DNA of 64,000 nt from Balanoglossus misakiensis (taxonomy: Eukaryota > Animalia > Hemichordata): assembly GCA_040954595.2 (NCBI GenBank), contig CM082581.2:3154699-3218698 (forward strand). Reading direction: 5' to 3'. Each line of letters begins with the position of its first letter. The first letter of the stretch is position 1. This document shows positions 26,601-39,400 of this stretch, piece by piece. The notes beneath the pieces were generated by a model. The model searched no databases. It saw only the letters and a program-made list of their open reading frames with translations, and was not told where the DNA came from. A program made the position numbers and the translations under genes.

Positions 26601-27690
26601 GACGCGCCCAAGAACCAGTGGACGTGTACAATTTCCGACTGAATAACGGAGGTTTTCAAACAATGCGATCATTTTAAGGGCTAAAAAAGAAATGCAAACG
26701 TATACAGAATAAATACGGCGATATTTATTAATTTCCAAACCTGACCTCGACTGGCGATTTGTTTATTTTTTTCTGCCTACTGAGGCAGTACTTGTCGTCT
26801 GCTCTTGAATCACGCGCAGTCAACATGACTCGCTCACGCACGTAAAGCAAACCTCTCGATGATGCTGGATTTGACATTCGTTCACCATACATACCGTGTA
26901 CCAAGCAGTCATGTCAACGAAGATATACGTAAAAAGTTATGCCGCAAGTGTCACTGTCGTGTTGTCTACGCGGTACGGCGGGTCGATCAAGGGCGAGTTT
27001 ATTTATATATTGCAACCTTCCTAGCGCCCGTATAGTTACGTAAACTTTCCTGAGAACGCAAACGAATGCAAATATTCCCTCACCAAGATTTCACAAAAAT
27101 CGAAACTTTTTCAGATATATTTCAGCAGAACCCTTAAATGAATTTTCACTTGCGTTAATAAACCTTCATTATTTATTTCCTGTTGTTTGAATATGATACT
27201 AGAAATGTACAATACACCAAATGACCGCGATCACCTGATACGTTGATTACGCCATTGCTCCGTTCGCGATCTCCGTGTCCGAGTCTGAGTTTTTCGCACC
27301 TATAGTATTTTAAAGATTTTTGAAGTCTGCAAATTCACTGGCATTGACAAAACTATAAAATAATAAGAATAATGTACGCCCCAAAGACCCATAATGGACT
27401 TAAGCACACATTGTACTCCATAATGTGCTCGGCATTAGTCTCGCACATTATGTTGCACAATGTGTGCTTTCGTCCATGAATAAAGTGACAAGAATTCGAA
27501 ATGCACTTTAAAGGTCCTTTTGGGATATGAAAATTTTGTGACAAATAAAGCTACATACTAAATACATACATACATACATACATACATACATACATACATA
27601 CATACATACATACATACATACATACATACATACATACATACATACATACATACATACATACATACATACATACATACATACATACATACA

Positions 27691-27762
<72 letters not shown>

Positions 27763-30700
27763 TACATACATACATACATACATACATACATACATACAAA
27801 TAAAGCCACATACTTAATAAAGCCACATACTAAATAATTGTCTATTCTTTTGCCAGGGTCTCAGTGTAATTGACAAGTTGGACACTTTAACCTCTGACCT
27901 TTCAAAAGAAAGTGTCATATTTGAAGGAAGAATTCTATTTGCTAAAGGTATTGTAATATGTTGTTGTTTTAACCAAGATGATTCTGTGACATCGGTTTTC
28001 ATCATAACACCGTCCGCATATAATATTGAAATCGTGTGGTTGCCGGGACAAATAAGGGTCCGGTTATTTTCCCCAACACGATCACAGAGAATTTCACTTA
28101 CAAAATGGCGACGATACCGTTCTCGGTCGACAGTCTCCGACTGCACATCAACGGGTATCGAATGAAATACTTCTCGTAGTTTGATGCCCCACAATCCAGT
28201 GTAGAGGACGTCTGGATAGGCGGACCTTCTTCTGCTGGAACCTCTTTGAGTTGTCTTCAACTAACAGGAGAAACAACTCACACAACACGGAGCTGTAGTA
28301 ACGTACGTCTTTTTATTGTGGCCGGTCGCCCAATGTACAGAACTTCCCGCCTAAAGTTGCAACATTACCATAGGTCCTACGCGACGTTACTAGGCAACGA
28401 ACAGAATTTAGGTACAATGAAACTACATAGAACTAGAAGTGCATGGAAAACCCACATTTGTAATAGTGTTAGGAATTGTGCTATAGCCTGTTTTACTGTC
28501 TACAGATGACGTTCAATGTCTCTGTCACAATATCATCCAATAGTGTACATACGATATTCGTTTCAGACGCAGAAAAATAGGACCTTGCAATTTTAAGCTG
28601 CTTCAACTACATTTCGTTGTTTCCTCTATTCATGCAAATTATTGTTGACCGTCAAATACGTTACATATAGCTTAGAAACAAATCGAGCATTGGGTATTGT
28701 TAAATGATTCACTGAATTAGAAGTAGAAGGATAGGACTCTACTATCCCTCCATCATTTTTCCAAATGGCTACAAGACATGAAATTTACCCAATATGCACC
28801 AGGCATTGGTGTAAAGCCGAGACAAACAGACAGTCTCACAGAGTGCCAATGATTACTTTTTTCAGAAACACTGAATGTCGTGCAAAAAGTGATAGACAGA
28901 ATGCAGTCCCTAATTGACGCCAATCCGAGCGAGAAGCTGATTCCCGGACTAGCAAATCACCTGACAAAGATAACTACGAAAGTATTCCACCAGTTGTCAA
29001 TGTTTATACTGAAAGTGACTGATTTGGGACACGGACCAATTATCGTGAAAACTTTTTCTCTTGTGCTGCATCTGGAAAAGAATTTCGTGCAGGACTTGTG
29101 CAACGTCCCCATATTGATTGGAGATGGAAGTGGATTCAATATTCCACCAGTAGACAGTATGTTTCCACAATTGTCGCGGGACTCAGTCTTGAACAGGATG
29201 GTTTGTATACAAGTCGAAAATCAGAAGACAATCTCACTTTCGTTTTCTATCGTACATTGCTCTATTCTTGTATATTGATATTTGTCTAACTATTTGTCAT
29301 TAGGACTCTTCCACCAGTCAAGTCATTATGGTAATGAACTATACGTGGATATTAGTGTTCGTTAGTGCACCCATTGTCATTTTTTCACAAAATAAGTCCA
29401 TAAACATTTCTTATTATGGTCTTTGGTTTAAAGTACAATTCTGTTGTTGTCATAATGCGTTCTGGTGCTCGAGGATTAATTATATAAAGTTTGTTTGTTT
29501 TTTTAGATTTTCCGATTCGGTGGGAATCCTCACAGATTGGCAAATAGGACACATGGCTTCACAACCGATATACTGTCCCTGGAATTCAGAGATGAAGATG
29601 GTAATGAGATAAAAGGTGTGTTTTCATTAAAGTCATCAGTGGTATCATAACATTCGCATGGAACTCGCAAAAATACTTCAAATCTTTGGAAACAACGTGC
29701 ATTTCTGGAACTCCTTGTCTTAAGCGGTTAAAGATTGGGCTAGGGCATAATGTCATAATGAAAAACTTAATTTTCGGATATGATCAATTACGGAGAAACA
29801 TATCATTTTACCAGTTAATGTCGCACCATTAAAACTTAAATTGAAATGACGCATTCCTTCTTTTAAACATCTTTACACAAAAACCCAGCGATCTATTAGT
29901 GTAACAATACTCGCTCATATTTTTCATCGTGGAGGGCGAAACTCAAGTAAAGACCAATTTGTGAGTTCAGTTTAGACATAAGTTTGAATTATCAGAGAAC
30001 ATTGTTATTTTCAGTGAAAAATGCATCAGAGGATCTCGGCGTATTGCTTGGTAATTATCAGACACCTAGAAATGAAAGCATCGTATCCGGGTTGTACGTG
30101 GACAGAGAAGCAGTCACTCACTATGCATTGACAGTTACGGTAAACCTCACACATTCTGAAACTAACCGACGATTGCATGTTAGCCACTCTACTCTTTGAA
30201 AGTACCATCAAACCACCCATCTTGGTGTGATGGCCAACCGGCTGGCAAAGCCCAATGTAAATATGAACTCAAGTCATAACCATACGGATATACGGATGTA
30301 TTTCTCAGCATGCAACATGCCTCTGTCATCATGATCCTAGGTCTGATGCCCAATGACACAACATGTGAATGAAACACGCAAAAAACGACATACTAAATCA
30401 AAAAGTTTATTCGTACCATTTGTGGAATTCATTTTGCATTGGTTTCTCATCGTTGTAGGCACTAGCGAGATACTATGCAATGCAAATCACCATGGAAGCA
30501 CCAGGGCCTATCTTTGAAACTACTACAGCATACGTGTCGCTTGAAAGATTTGACGCCGTTGGTGGCAACAATGGTTTCCATTATGTAACTGACTTGGTAT
30601 TTGCAGGGTGCACAGCATCCATATTTCTACCAGAGGCAAAGATCACCAAGACGGGCTTGTATTACATAGTCTTTGACCTTACCAGTGGTAAGATTGTGGT

Positions 30701-31693
30701 CTATTTTCATGATTAATACATCTATTGTATAAAGAGTGTTCCCTTTTCTTTTTTTATGTTTATGCTACTGTTAATTTCCAAAAAAGGACATGCATATGAA
30801 GAAAGTTGTGTTACGATCTTGCGTTTTTTAAAATATTATTTTCGTGATTTCACTATCCAACTTAGATTGGTCCATCTAAACTGCTTACTGATAGTCTATG
30901 TAAATATGCTTACTGATAGTTATACAATTATATCTCGTGGATGCCCGATTGCGACTGTATGTTGCAATTTGAACTAGTGATACGTTAAACGGGCGCTGAA
31001 TCCCGGTAATTGACCTCAATACAAAAGTGTACACAAACTACGTAGTATGTGTTCTGTATTTATTTTGTCTTTGGCGATATAAGACAACAGTTTATGAATT
31101 TCATTTTCTTGGTGCACACTACATTAAAGACACTCCAGTTGATTTTATATTCAATAGGTTGATGTAACGAAGTTCCGTAATTTTTTTTTCCTACAGCCCA
31201 TGGGGTTGACATCAAGATTCTCACTACTCAACACAAATGCAGCTACTTTGATGAGAATAATTGGCAAAATGATGGTTGTAAGGTATACATATAATTTCTT
31301 CTTATTTTGCAAAAGTTCAAATGCTCCATGTACCTGCAAGTGACGAAACTAAAGAGAAGCGACAATTAATGTGATTTTAGGGGATACTGTGGATAAATGT
31401 GCAACTAAAACTACAAATGCAGAAGGTACTGCACCTAACGATTAATGACAATTGGAAATACTGTAAACAAAATATGTTCTGATGCACGTGGGGCGCTTTT
31501 CCTATTTAACTAACACTGAGAAGTAACCCACGTGTTTGATCTTGTTTCAATTGCAAAGGAACGCCCACTGCTGTGTCAATACGTATTTTTTCTGCTTGTT
31601 ATCTTGCAGGTGTCACCAAAATCCGACTTCAATTCTACCCTGTGTCTGTGTAATCACCTGACTGTTTTCATGGCAATGGTGGGAGTTGTTTAA
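17677..31693 (+). CDS. Signal/anchor - 2x C-type-lectin-like - GAIN/GPS protein (polycystin-1-like / adhesion-GPCR-type ectodomain) ending just after the GPS, with no TM region
   Basis: Exons 17677-17788 (hydrophobic leader), 17916-18177 (CTLD1: [19 protein letters not shown]), an unresolved exon near 18247-18283, 21895-22162 and 22682-22749 (CTLD2: [24 protein letters not shown]...LLCE), 23582-23652, 27857-27947, 28866-29200, 29507-29615 (FGGNP...[15 protein letters not shown]), 30015-30139, 30459-30687, 31197-31282 ([14 protein letters not shown]), 31610-31693 ([19 protein letters not shown]). Phases are consistent from 21895 to the stop. The link between CTLD1 and CTLD2 is not, so this copy may be damaged. 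Confidence 0.75.
18687..18971. repeat. 42-bp minisatellite, about 6.8 copies (intronic)
   Basis: Unit tttatgtgaaaatgcaagtaagttatagtttaacggtaccca. Confidence 0.95.
19560..19937 (+). mobile_element. Crypton-like (tyrosine recombinase) C-terminal remnant
   Basis: ..[13 protein letters not shown]...[16 protein letters not shown]...KRRR..YDS resembles the S..QQ..MS motif and low-complexity tail of animal Crypton/DUF3504 proteins. No catalytic core is present. Confidence 0.45.
20235..20630 (+). mobile_element. L2/CR1-type LINE ORF2 3' fragment
   Basis: [16 protein letters not shown]...[11 protein letters not shown]...[12 protein letters not shown] and [16 protein letters not shown]......[10 protein letters not shown]. 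Confidence 0.85.
20765..21200 (+). mobile_element. Gypsy LTR retrotransposon integrase fragment
   Basis: [17 protein letters not shown]...DPHVAML.LRTTPI...LPSP.EVL and [18 protein letters not shown]. Confidence 0.8.
23657..24448 (+). mobile_element. Complete PIF/Harbinger (Tourist-like) MITE, 792 bp
   Basis: TIR gggaccgttcagttttt(a/g)cggccggggg at both ends; TAA target duplication at 23654-23656 and 24449-24451. Confidence 0.9.
24673..25530 (+). mobile_element. L2-clade LINE reverse transcriptase internal fragment
   Basis: [63 protein letters not shown]; frameshift/deletion at the VPQG motif. Confidence 0.92.
25860..26263 (+). mobile_element. Second Crypton-like C-terminal remnant
   Basis: [15 protein letters not shown]...[17 protein letters not shown] tail, similar to 19560-19937. 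Confidence 0.4.
27562..27797. repeat. Compound microsatellite (TACA)n-(CA)n-(TACA)n
   Basis: Directly visible; it produces the spurious MYVC ORFs. Confidence 0.98.
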
Positions 31694-32583
31694 TCCGATA
31701 GGCGATACAACGTTTACCACAGGGGCGTCCGCTTGGTCAACAGAATTGACAAAATAAGCTTATGAGACGAGTTCCAAACAAATGATGTACCATTCAACAT
31801 GTTTACATGTTTCTTTTAAATTTCTTTTAGACTTTATGAAGCAAGAAGTGTTCATATAGCCGTTTTGGCAATCGATTTTTGTTGATAATGCATTAACTGT
31901 GAATAGAATTAACGTACAAATTGCTAAAGGTGCAAGAAACCTTTTGATGAGAATTTGATATGTAATTAAACAGAATTGCATTTTGTTAGGTTGTGTGTGA
32001 TTGTTCTGTGATTGATTTTGTACATATAATGCGATGTAATTTATACATTTCTTTGAAAACTGTGTGGATAGATATATACATGTATACATGGATCAATATT
32101 TCTGTTTTGTTATGACCAGTATTTTCATAATTGTAATGACCCGTAATTCACTAGTCATTAATTGGTGGAGTTATACTATTCTGTAATTGAAATAGCTTTA
32201 GGTTTTAGAGAAAACAATATTTGACCAAAAAAGGCAAAATTGCTTCAAAATTATAAATATGCATATTTTTAACCATTTGAACAAAACAATGGTGACTCAG
32301 ATCACCAAATAACATGGCTACCAAATTTCAGAGCAATCTGACTAGCAGTTTTAGAGAAAAAGACTTTGACCAAAAATGGCAATAATTGCTCAAAATTACA
32401 AAAAAGCAACAATTTGAACAAAACTATGGTAACTCATAACACCTACATAAGCTTTATACTGAATTTAAAATAAGACGACAGAGAATTTCCAGAAAAGAAG
32501 AATTTTTTCCAATAATGTGGAAAAAGACAAAACATGTCTGTAGGTCTTATAGTTATGTAGTAAGTCGCATTTATGTATATTAA

Positions 32584-33038
32584 AGGTACATGAGCTGCAA
32601 CTGGATAACAAATTAAATTTTAAATAATCTCATTTATGATTTTAATTATGTCTATTAAATGATATTTCCTAATACTATACCAAGCTCAACACTTATTTCT
32701 GACAAAATGGCCAAAAATTAAAGAAAAACGAAAATTCCTGCAATTTATAAAAAAATATAATGTCTCAGCGGTGTACATTTACTTCCATGAGCTCAAGTGG
32801 ATGAGATCAAGTTTTGTTTATGTAGTTACATAACCGGAAATGCAACATTTTCATTGTTTCTTGCATTTTCCCATGGTGGCGGCCACATTCGCTTGCGGCA
32901 AAACTTTATAATTTATCTGGTTAAAACTTGCATATGCACTCATATTTAGGGTTTATAATGCTTGTGTATAGTTCACTAATGGTAGTACAGTTTGAAACAA
33001 AAATTATGATAATTATTCCAAAAGTTGCAGCTTATGTG
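32584..33038. mobile_element. Putative Kolobok-type MITE, degenerate
   Basis: ttaa-aggtacatgagctgcaact on the left and agttgcagcttatgtgtc on the right are imperfect inverted termini. Confidence 0.4.
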
Positions 33039-34438
33039 TCAAAGGTCACATGACATTCAGGCCAAAGGATTTAGTCTCAAAATGGTACCTGTGTACCAAA
33101 AATAAGCTACCTAAGTGTATTTGTTAGCCTTGAATTAGGTATGCATATATTTTAATGAAGTCAGCAGAGGTCAAGGGGGTCCAAAACTTACCATGAAATT
33201 TTAGTCAGATACTGGTTCACATGCATCCAAAGCAGAACTTATAGCCATTTTTATTAGGCTATAATTAGATATGCAGAAAAACAACACGTGTCAAAGGGCA
33301 CTGCCAAAATTGCCAAATTTTTGGAGGAAATTGCTGGCTATGTTTGTAACCATAAGGCCAAAAGTGGTGTTGGATTGTTGTACTTTAATTCATGCATGTT
33401 CTTTCAACCAAACTTGATTACTGCAATTCGTTACTGTTTGGTATCGTGGCCCTTACACGTCAATTTTAATTTATTATTTTGAAAGTTAAACTTTAATTTT
33501 TGATAGACAATATCTTTTCCCAAAAAGTAAACTTTAATTTTGGTGGCGGCAACTAATTTTGATGGACAAAACTTTTTGATTATGACAGTAAAACCTTTAA
33601 TTTTACTTATCACAAATTTTATTTTAGAGAACCAAATTTTATTTTTCGAAAGCAAATTTTATTTTTTCCAAGAATAATATTTTAATAAAGATTTATTTTG
33701 TCCAAAATAAAAAGTAACAACTTGAGATAAACTTATTCATACTACGTGGATTTTTTTTTTCAAAAAGAAATGTTTTAATTTTTAAAGAAAAAGTTTATTT
33801 TGTAAAATAACAAATTATTTTTCCCAGGTGAAAATATTTTACGGAGTTAAATTTTAATTTACATTTAAATAACCTTTAAACACTCGAGATAAAATTATCT
33901 GTACTCGATGGAATTATTTAACTTTTTAAAACAAAATGTTTTTATTGCTTAAGAAAAAAAATATTTTCTAAAGTAACAAATTATTTTTCCCGGGTGAAAA
34001 TTTTATTTTACAGGGGTAAATTTAATCTGTTTTCTAGTAACACAACTTATGGGGGCGCTCTTTCTAATGCTACTGACAAACTTTTGTTATGAGGGCGCAA
34101 TTCAGGTTTCGGCGTGCGAATTCCTTTTACATGCATGACAAAATATATTTTCAGAAAGCAAATAATTTTTTCTTCGCGGCGGAAATGAAGCTATCCCACA
34201 ATTCCCGTACCTGAGAACGTTACAGGAGTACATAAATCCAACAAACAGATGAGACGGCTATCTATCCACAGTGCAATGTTTACGGCCCGGGCAGACAAAT
34301 CCGGACAATTTCGCCGTAGACCTTTGAATGATGCTGTCGATCAAATCGAATACAAGATCTAGGGAAGTCGGGAGAAATCGGCCAGGTGCGAACTTTGCTC
34401 ATAGGATCGTTTAAATTAAAGTCCTTCAAATTAATTAG

Positions 34439-34819
34439 ATTAATGACACGTGGAAATACTGTAAACAAAATGTGTTCTGATGCACGTGGGGCGCTTTTCC
34501 TATTTAACTAACACTGAGAAGTAACCCACGTGTTTGATCTTGTTTCAATTGCAAAGGAACGCCCACTGCTGTGTCAATACGTATTTTTCCTGCTTGTTAT
34601 CTTGCAGGTGTCACCAAAATCCGACTTCAATTCTACCCTGTGTCTGTGTAATCACCTGACTGTTTTCATGGCATTGGTGGGAGTTGTTTAATCCGATAGG
34701 CGATACCACGTTTACCACAGGGGCGTCCGTGGTCAACAGAATTGACAAAATAAGCTTATGAGACGAGTTTCAAACAAATGATGTACCATTTAACATGTTT
34801 ACATGTTTCTTTTAAATTT
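34439..34819 (+). repeat. Near-identical duplicate of 31441-31823, including the GPS terminal exon (34608-34691)
   Basis: About 380 bp nearly identical, with an intact acceptor ttatcttgcag and [30 protein letters not shown]. Confidence 0.92.
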
Positions 34820-35699
34820 GACGTGCGTGTACTGTTCTGAGCCGAGCACTGCTTCGTGTATACGGCGGATGTGGATTAGTACAGTGGCTTGCTGCGGTGA
34901 TATGCACAGTGAAGTGTCTGTCGTAGTGGGTGCTGCCGTAGTCCACTAACTTCGCATCCAGTATTGCCTTAAGTGTCCGTAGCTCCGCTCGGTTGCCGTG
35001 GCTTGTTTCGTTATATATAAGAACACGATTCTATTTGTTTGATCACTTTATGCGACAACAATAACGAAACAAGTACAGAGCAAGTACAGTTGGAAATGTG
35101 AGAGTGTCTTGCAATGCAACATGGTCGCGCATGCGCATTAACACAAGGATTGTCTATCTGCTGTGACGTATTGTTCTCTAACTTCATATCTGGCCCAGTT
35201 ATAATCAGTAAATGTGTCCACATCTACAAAACATATAAAATACCACCATTTAGAGTATTATTTTTGTCAAAATATTTTTCAAATAAACTATTTTTTCAAT
35301 TTCAAATCACAAAGCACATCAGAGTGTTCATACATTCACTGCTTTATTCATCTAAGTGACCTTTGTCAGACCCAAGTAACACTTCTGTCTATTGAGCGAA
35401 ATCTAAAATTAAAAAGATATTGAGGAAATTCTGAAAACAGATTGGCAAGTTTGATATAAAACATATCTCACAAAATTTTATGAAAATTTTAGCTAGGTCA
35501 AAGTAATTGTAATAACCAGAAAAGAGAGTGAAAATCTCTAGCTGGTTTAGCGGGCTTTGTATGTTCCTTTATCCTTTCTTTACTACAACTGAATTAGACA
35601 AGGAAATACCGTGAGAATTTAACTTGACATAATGCACTTATGGTCTAAGAATGCTGATTAGAAAGAATTATGTGGAAATTGATATGCATCACTGAGCAG

Positions 35700-36350
35700 G
35701 CATCTATGTAATGATAAACTTTAAACTAGCAAATAAAATTGAACATTTCATGGTAAGGTATCCAAGTTCGGTTAAACTATCATGCTTTTTTCTTGATTTG
35801 GTATATTAGTTGGTATGCTGCAAGACAGATCGATGCTATCACATTCTGTCGTAAACTTTTCTTCATTTGGTTTGTTGGTTAAATTTCTGCATCCATACAA
35901 TATTAACATGCAACAGCCAGCAGGCTTAAAGCCCCGTGAGCTGCCGAATTTCACATATTTTTTGTCAATAAAAAGTTCAAATCTTTTCCCTAGCCTCTAA
36001 AATCCTCACTTGTTCAAGTTGCAACACACAGCTTCGGTGATATGTTCATGTTATACATATCAGTAAACTTAGTTAGATCGATCAATCTATGTTAAAAAGT
36101 AAAACCTTGGTGCTTTAATGATAAACTTTAAACTAGCAAATTAGAATGACGAATGTCCTGGTATGGTATACAATTGCTGATAAACCGTCAACCTCTTTTC
36201 TTGATTTGGTTTGGTTTGGTGGATGGCATGCTGCAAGATAGTTCGAAGCTATCGCATGTTGTTATAAACTTCTGTTGATTTTGTCTGTTGGTTCAATCGC
36301 TCCAAGACTATCCGACGCTACCAAATTTTGTTATAAACTTTTCTTGACTT
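35700..36350. repeat. Diverged ~400-bp tandem duplication in the presumed 3' UTR region of the DSL gene
   Basis: atgataaactttaaactagcaaat and the following ttttcttgatttgg...atgctgcaaga blocks occur at about 35711 and 36118. Confidence 0.7.
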
Positions 36351-36438
36351 GGTTTGGTAGTAGAATAGGTGCATTACTGTCCAAAGCTACCACATTCTTC
36401 AAGCACACAGTACTACACGTTAGAATCATCAGCACATT

Positions 36439-39400
36439 CTAGCACAGGTTCCTTCTTTGTTTCTTCAGACATAGGCTGAAAATGTAAGATGTATATATTT
36501 GAATGAAGACATGACAGCAAACTTACTCTGATATATCTCCTCTTCAGCGAAAATTGAAAGAGAGAGTTACTTTCATTTGTATTAAATTACACCTCAACGC
36601 ACCAGTTATCAAGTTTAATACATGCTTGCAGGGAGAAATGATATTATAAGAATTCTTGTTTGCAGACCCATCACACTTATTGTGTGGTGCCACTGAGCTG
36701 GGTTCTGCTCACATTGACTTTAGTTCAGGCTACTCATTAATATTCATACTATTGAATATTCGCGTCTGTTGCAAGTCATATTGTATCAAAATGAGGCAAA
36801 ATACTAGATTGAGTACACAACAGTGCCTACTAGCAGCCTTTGTTGCTAGATGTCTTACTTGAGTGCTGGTCGGGCCCCATCATCATCGACCAGAGTGAAC
36901 GGAACCCTGACACAGAGCATTACAAAATGCTGATGTGTGACTTGGCTCAAACCCACACACCTGAGACAACCTCTCCAGCCTCCTCACCACCACTCAGCCA
37001 ATCGCTCACTCACCTGTTGACACACTTGATTTTCGAATGCGAGCGGCATTGGATCCAAATCCACACAGTCACTCTCTTCAGGTTTCTCAAATATTTCGTT
37101 CACTTTACTTCTTGGTCTACATAGACATAACACCAAAAGAGTGTGAAGGTCAATGAAACAATTTGATAAAAACATGGCATATGCAGGAGATGCATTATCA
37201 TCTGGTAATTGTTTATTTAAAATGTCAAACTCACACATGAAATGCTCTTTTACTAATCTAATGCGTTCCGAATGGGAGGGGGTCCTGGGTGCGGAGAGCT
37301 TACTAGAGAAGCAAGCGTCAAAAAGATGAAGGTCAGCCAATAGCAAGTGATGGACTGGCAGATGTCCTACACCTTCCAGCAACGGCGCGATCTCTCCCAT
37401 GTTGGCAACCACATGAGCAGTGGTAGGCAGAACCTTTCGAGATACAGGGGTACACCTGGGACAACAGAGGGCAAAACTACATGCTGATCATTATTGACGT
37501 GCACAACCTGTTTGCCCGAATCATGACAATTAAAAAAACACCGGCGATGTCATTATTTCGGTGCTCAAAAGCTTCACTAGGCAGAGCGGCCTTAAACTCT
37601 CTTGCTTGTACACTTATCCACAAAGACATGCACAGATGCACACACACACACATACACATACACAAAGAAACAAACAAAGATTAATATTGGAGTTTAAAAT
37701 ATCAGAAGCGACAGAAACTTATCAAGAAGACTAATGCCAACTGTTATTCTAATCTTTAATATCAACCGACATGACCTGAGCCAGTCTTACCTTGTTTTGT
37801 AACTGATAAGAACAACCAGTGACACTATCGCGATGACTACTACAATTATTGCAACAGGTATGTACCAGTTATTGGACAGCCATGACTGAAAGAAATAATG
37901 TTCAGGCTATTTATACTGTTTCTTTTTGGGGCCGATGGGTCCCTATAGGAATCGTTAGACTTCGTCTTTCTGTTTTTATTTTTCTTCGTACCAATTCTTT
38001 TCTCGTCTAGATCTCAAGTTTAGCACAGTGGTCGGGGCCAATGGGAGGTCGTGAATGGAACCTGTAAACTTTAATAAGTCACATGACCTGGTGGAAAAAA
38101 TGGATTTTGTAAAAAAAAACTTTAAAAGGCCTTTTCTTAAAAAAACAACAGGGAAAATCGAGTTCAAAGTGTGTGTGTGGCATGTTTGGTCTGTGCACTT
38201 TTGAGTTTGCCATTAAAATTTGTGGGATCACATGACCTTGACCTCAATATTGGATTTTCAAAAAATATTAAAAGTTCGACGATCTTCTTCTCGAGAATCA
38301 GCGACTACCGAGTTGTGGGATTAGGTGTGCGAGGTCAGTTATACAACTAATTCACAGCCAGCCTCTAGCAATATAGAAATCACACTAATTTGAAACTGTC
38401 AAACTGTATGATATAATTATTAAAGTCTTGCTTAACTTCTTAAAACATCCAACTGTATGAGTTTCATTTACCTTCGGCCCGGAAAACGCTGCTTGCAGCT
38501 TTAATTTCATATGTTTTCTTGCAGATGTAATAAATAACTTTGAAAAAACCGTCTCTCTAAGATATTTATTTAGGGCACAAACCATGTGGCTTCATTGTCT
38601 TCTGTTATTTGCCGCCATGAGTAAACGCAAAGCGTATATGTTCAAAACATTTATCTCTGTGACATTTCTCTGTTCAAATGGTACTGTCGGCTCAAACTCG
38701 GTTATCTCTTAAACATTGTCGAACAACATAGCAAGATGCAAGTAGCTAATGTTTCACTTACAGCGGCATTATTGTTGTCTCCTCGATCAATCACTGGTTC
38801 AGCTTTCCCAAAGTGTATACTGTGATCTATAGCCATCTCTAATTCTCTGTGGTCCAAATAAGCTAGTGTTTCATCTATTTCATCTGCAGTTAAGTACTTG
38901 TCATCACGTTTAGCAACAAAAGTAACCTTCGTCAGATCTCCACTGTAAGTCAATGACCATTATAATAATACATTTAGTATTCCAGTGAATTCGTATTTCC
39001 CATCCCAACATTTATAAGCCAGAATTTCCTTAATGACAATGAACGCTAAGTGAACAATGATCTCAAACTAGTATCTCTTCAGATGTCACATCATATTTGT
39101 AAATAACAAGTATTATTACCAAACTATGCCTCTTTAGATAAAATCATTTGTATATCGTCGACGAGTTCAAAGCATACCTTGTACCGGAAGCACTGTATGC
39201 TTCCATTTGTAAAACTTCGACTACTACTGTATCATCACTTCTCTTTTGGAACTTTTGGGGACGGCTTAAAACCACCCCCATATCCTCTTCAAACTTTTCT
39301 TTGTCAATGACACCAACTAACATCATTTCATATGCATATTTTATCAGATCTGCAAAATCAAGCATGTGTGAGAGGGAACATGCGAAACACCAAAAATAAA

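Noticed and set aside
27508-27826. MYVC/CV-repeat ORFs
   Set aside because: Microsatellite translation.
36984-37677. ORFs as the cytoplasmic tail of the DSL protein
   Set aside because: No convincing phase-2 acceptor/donor pair or motif; left unresolved.
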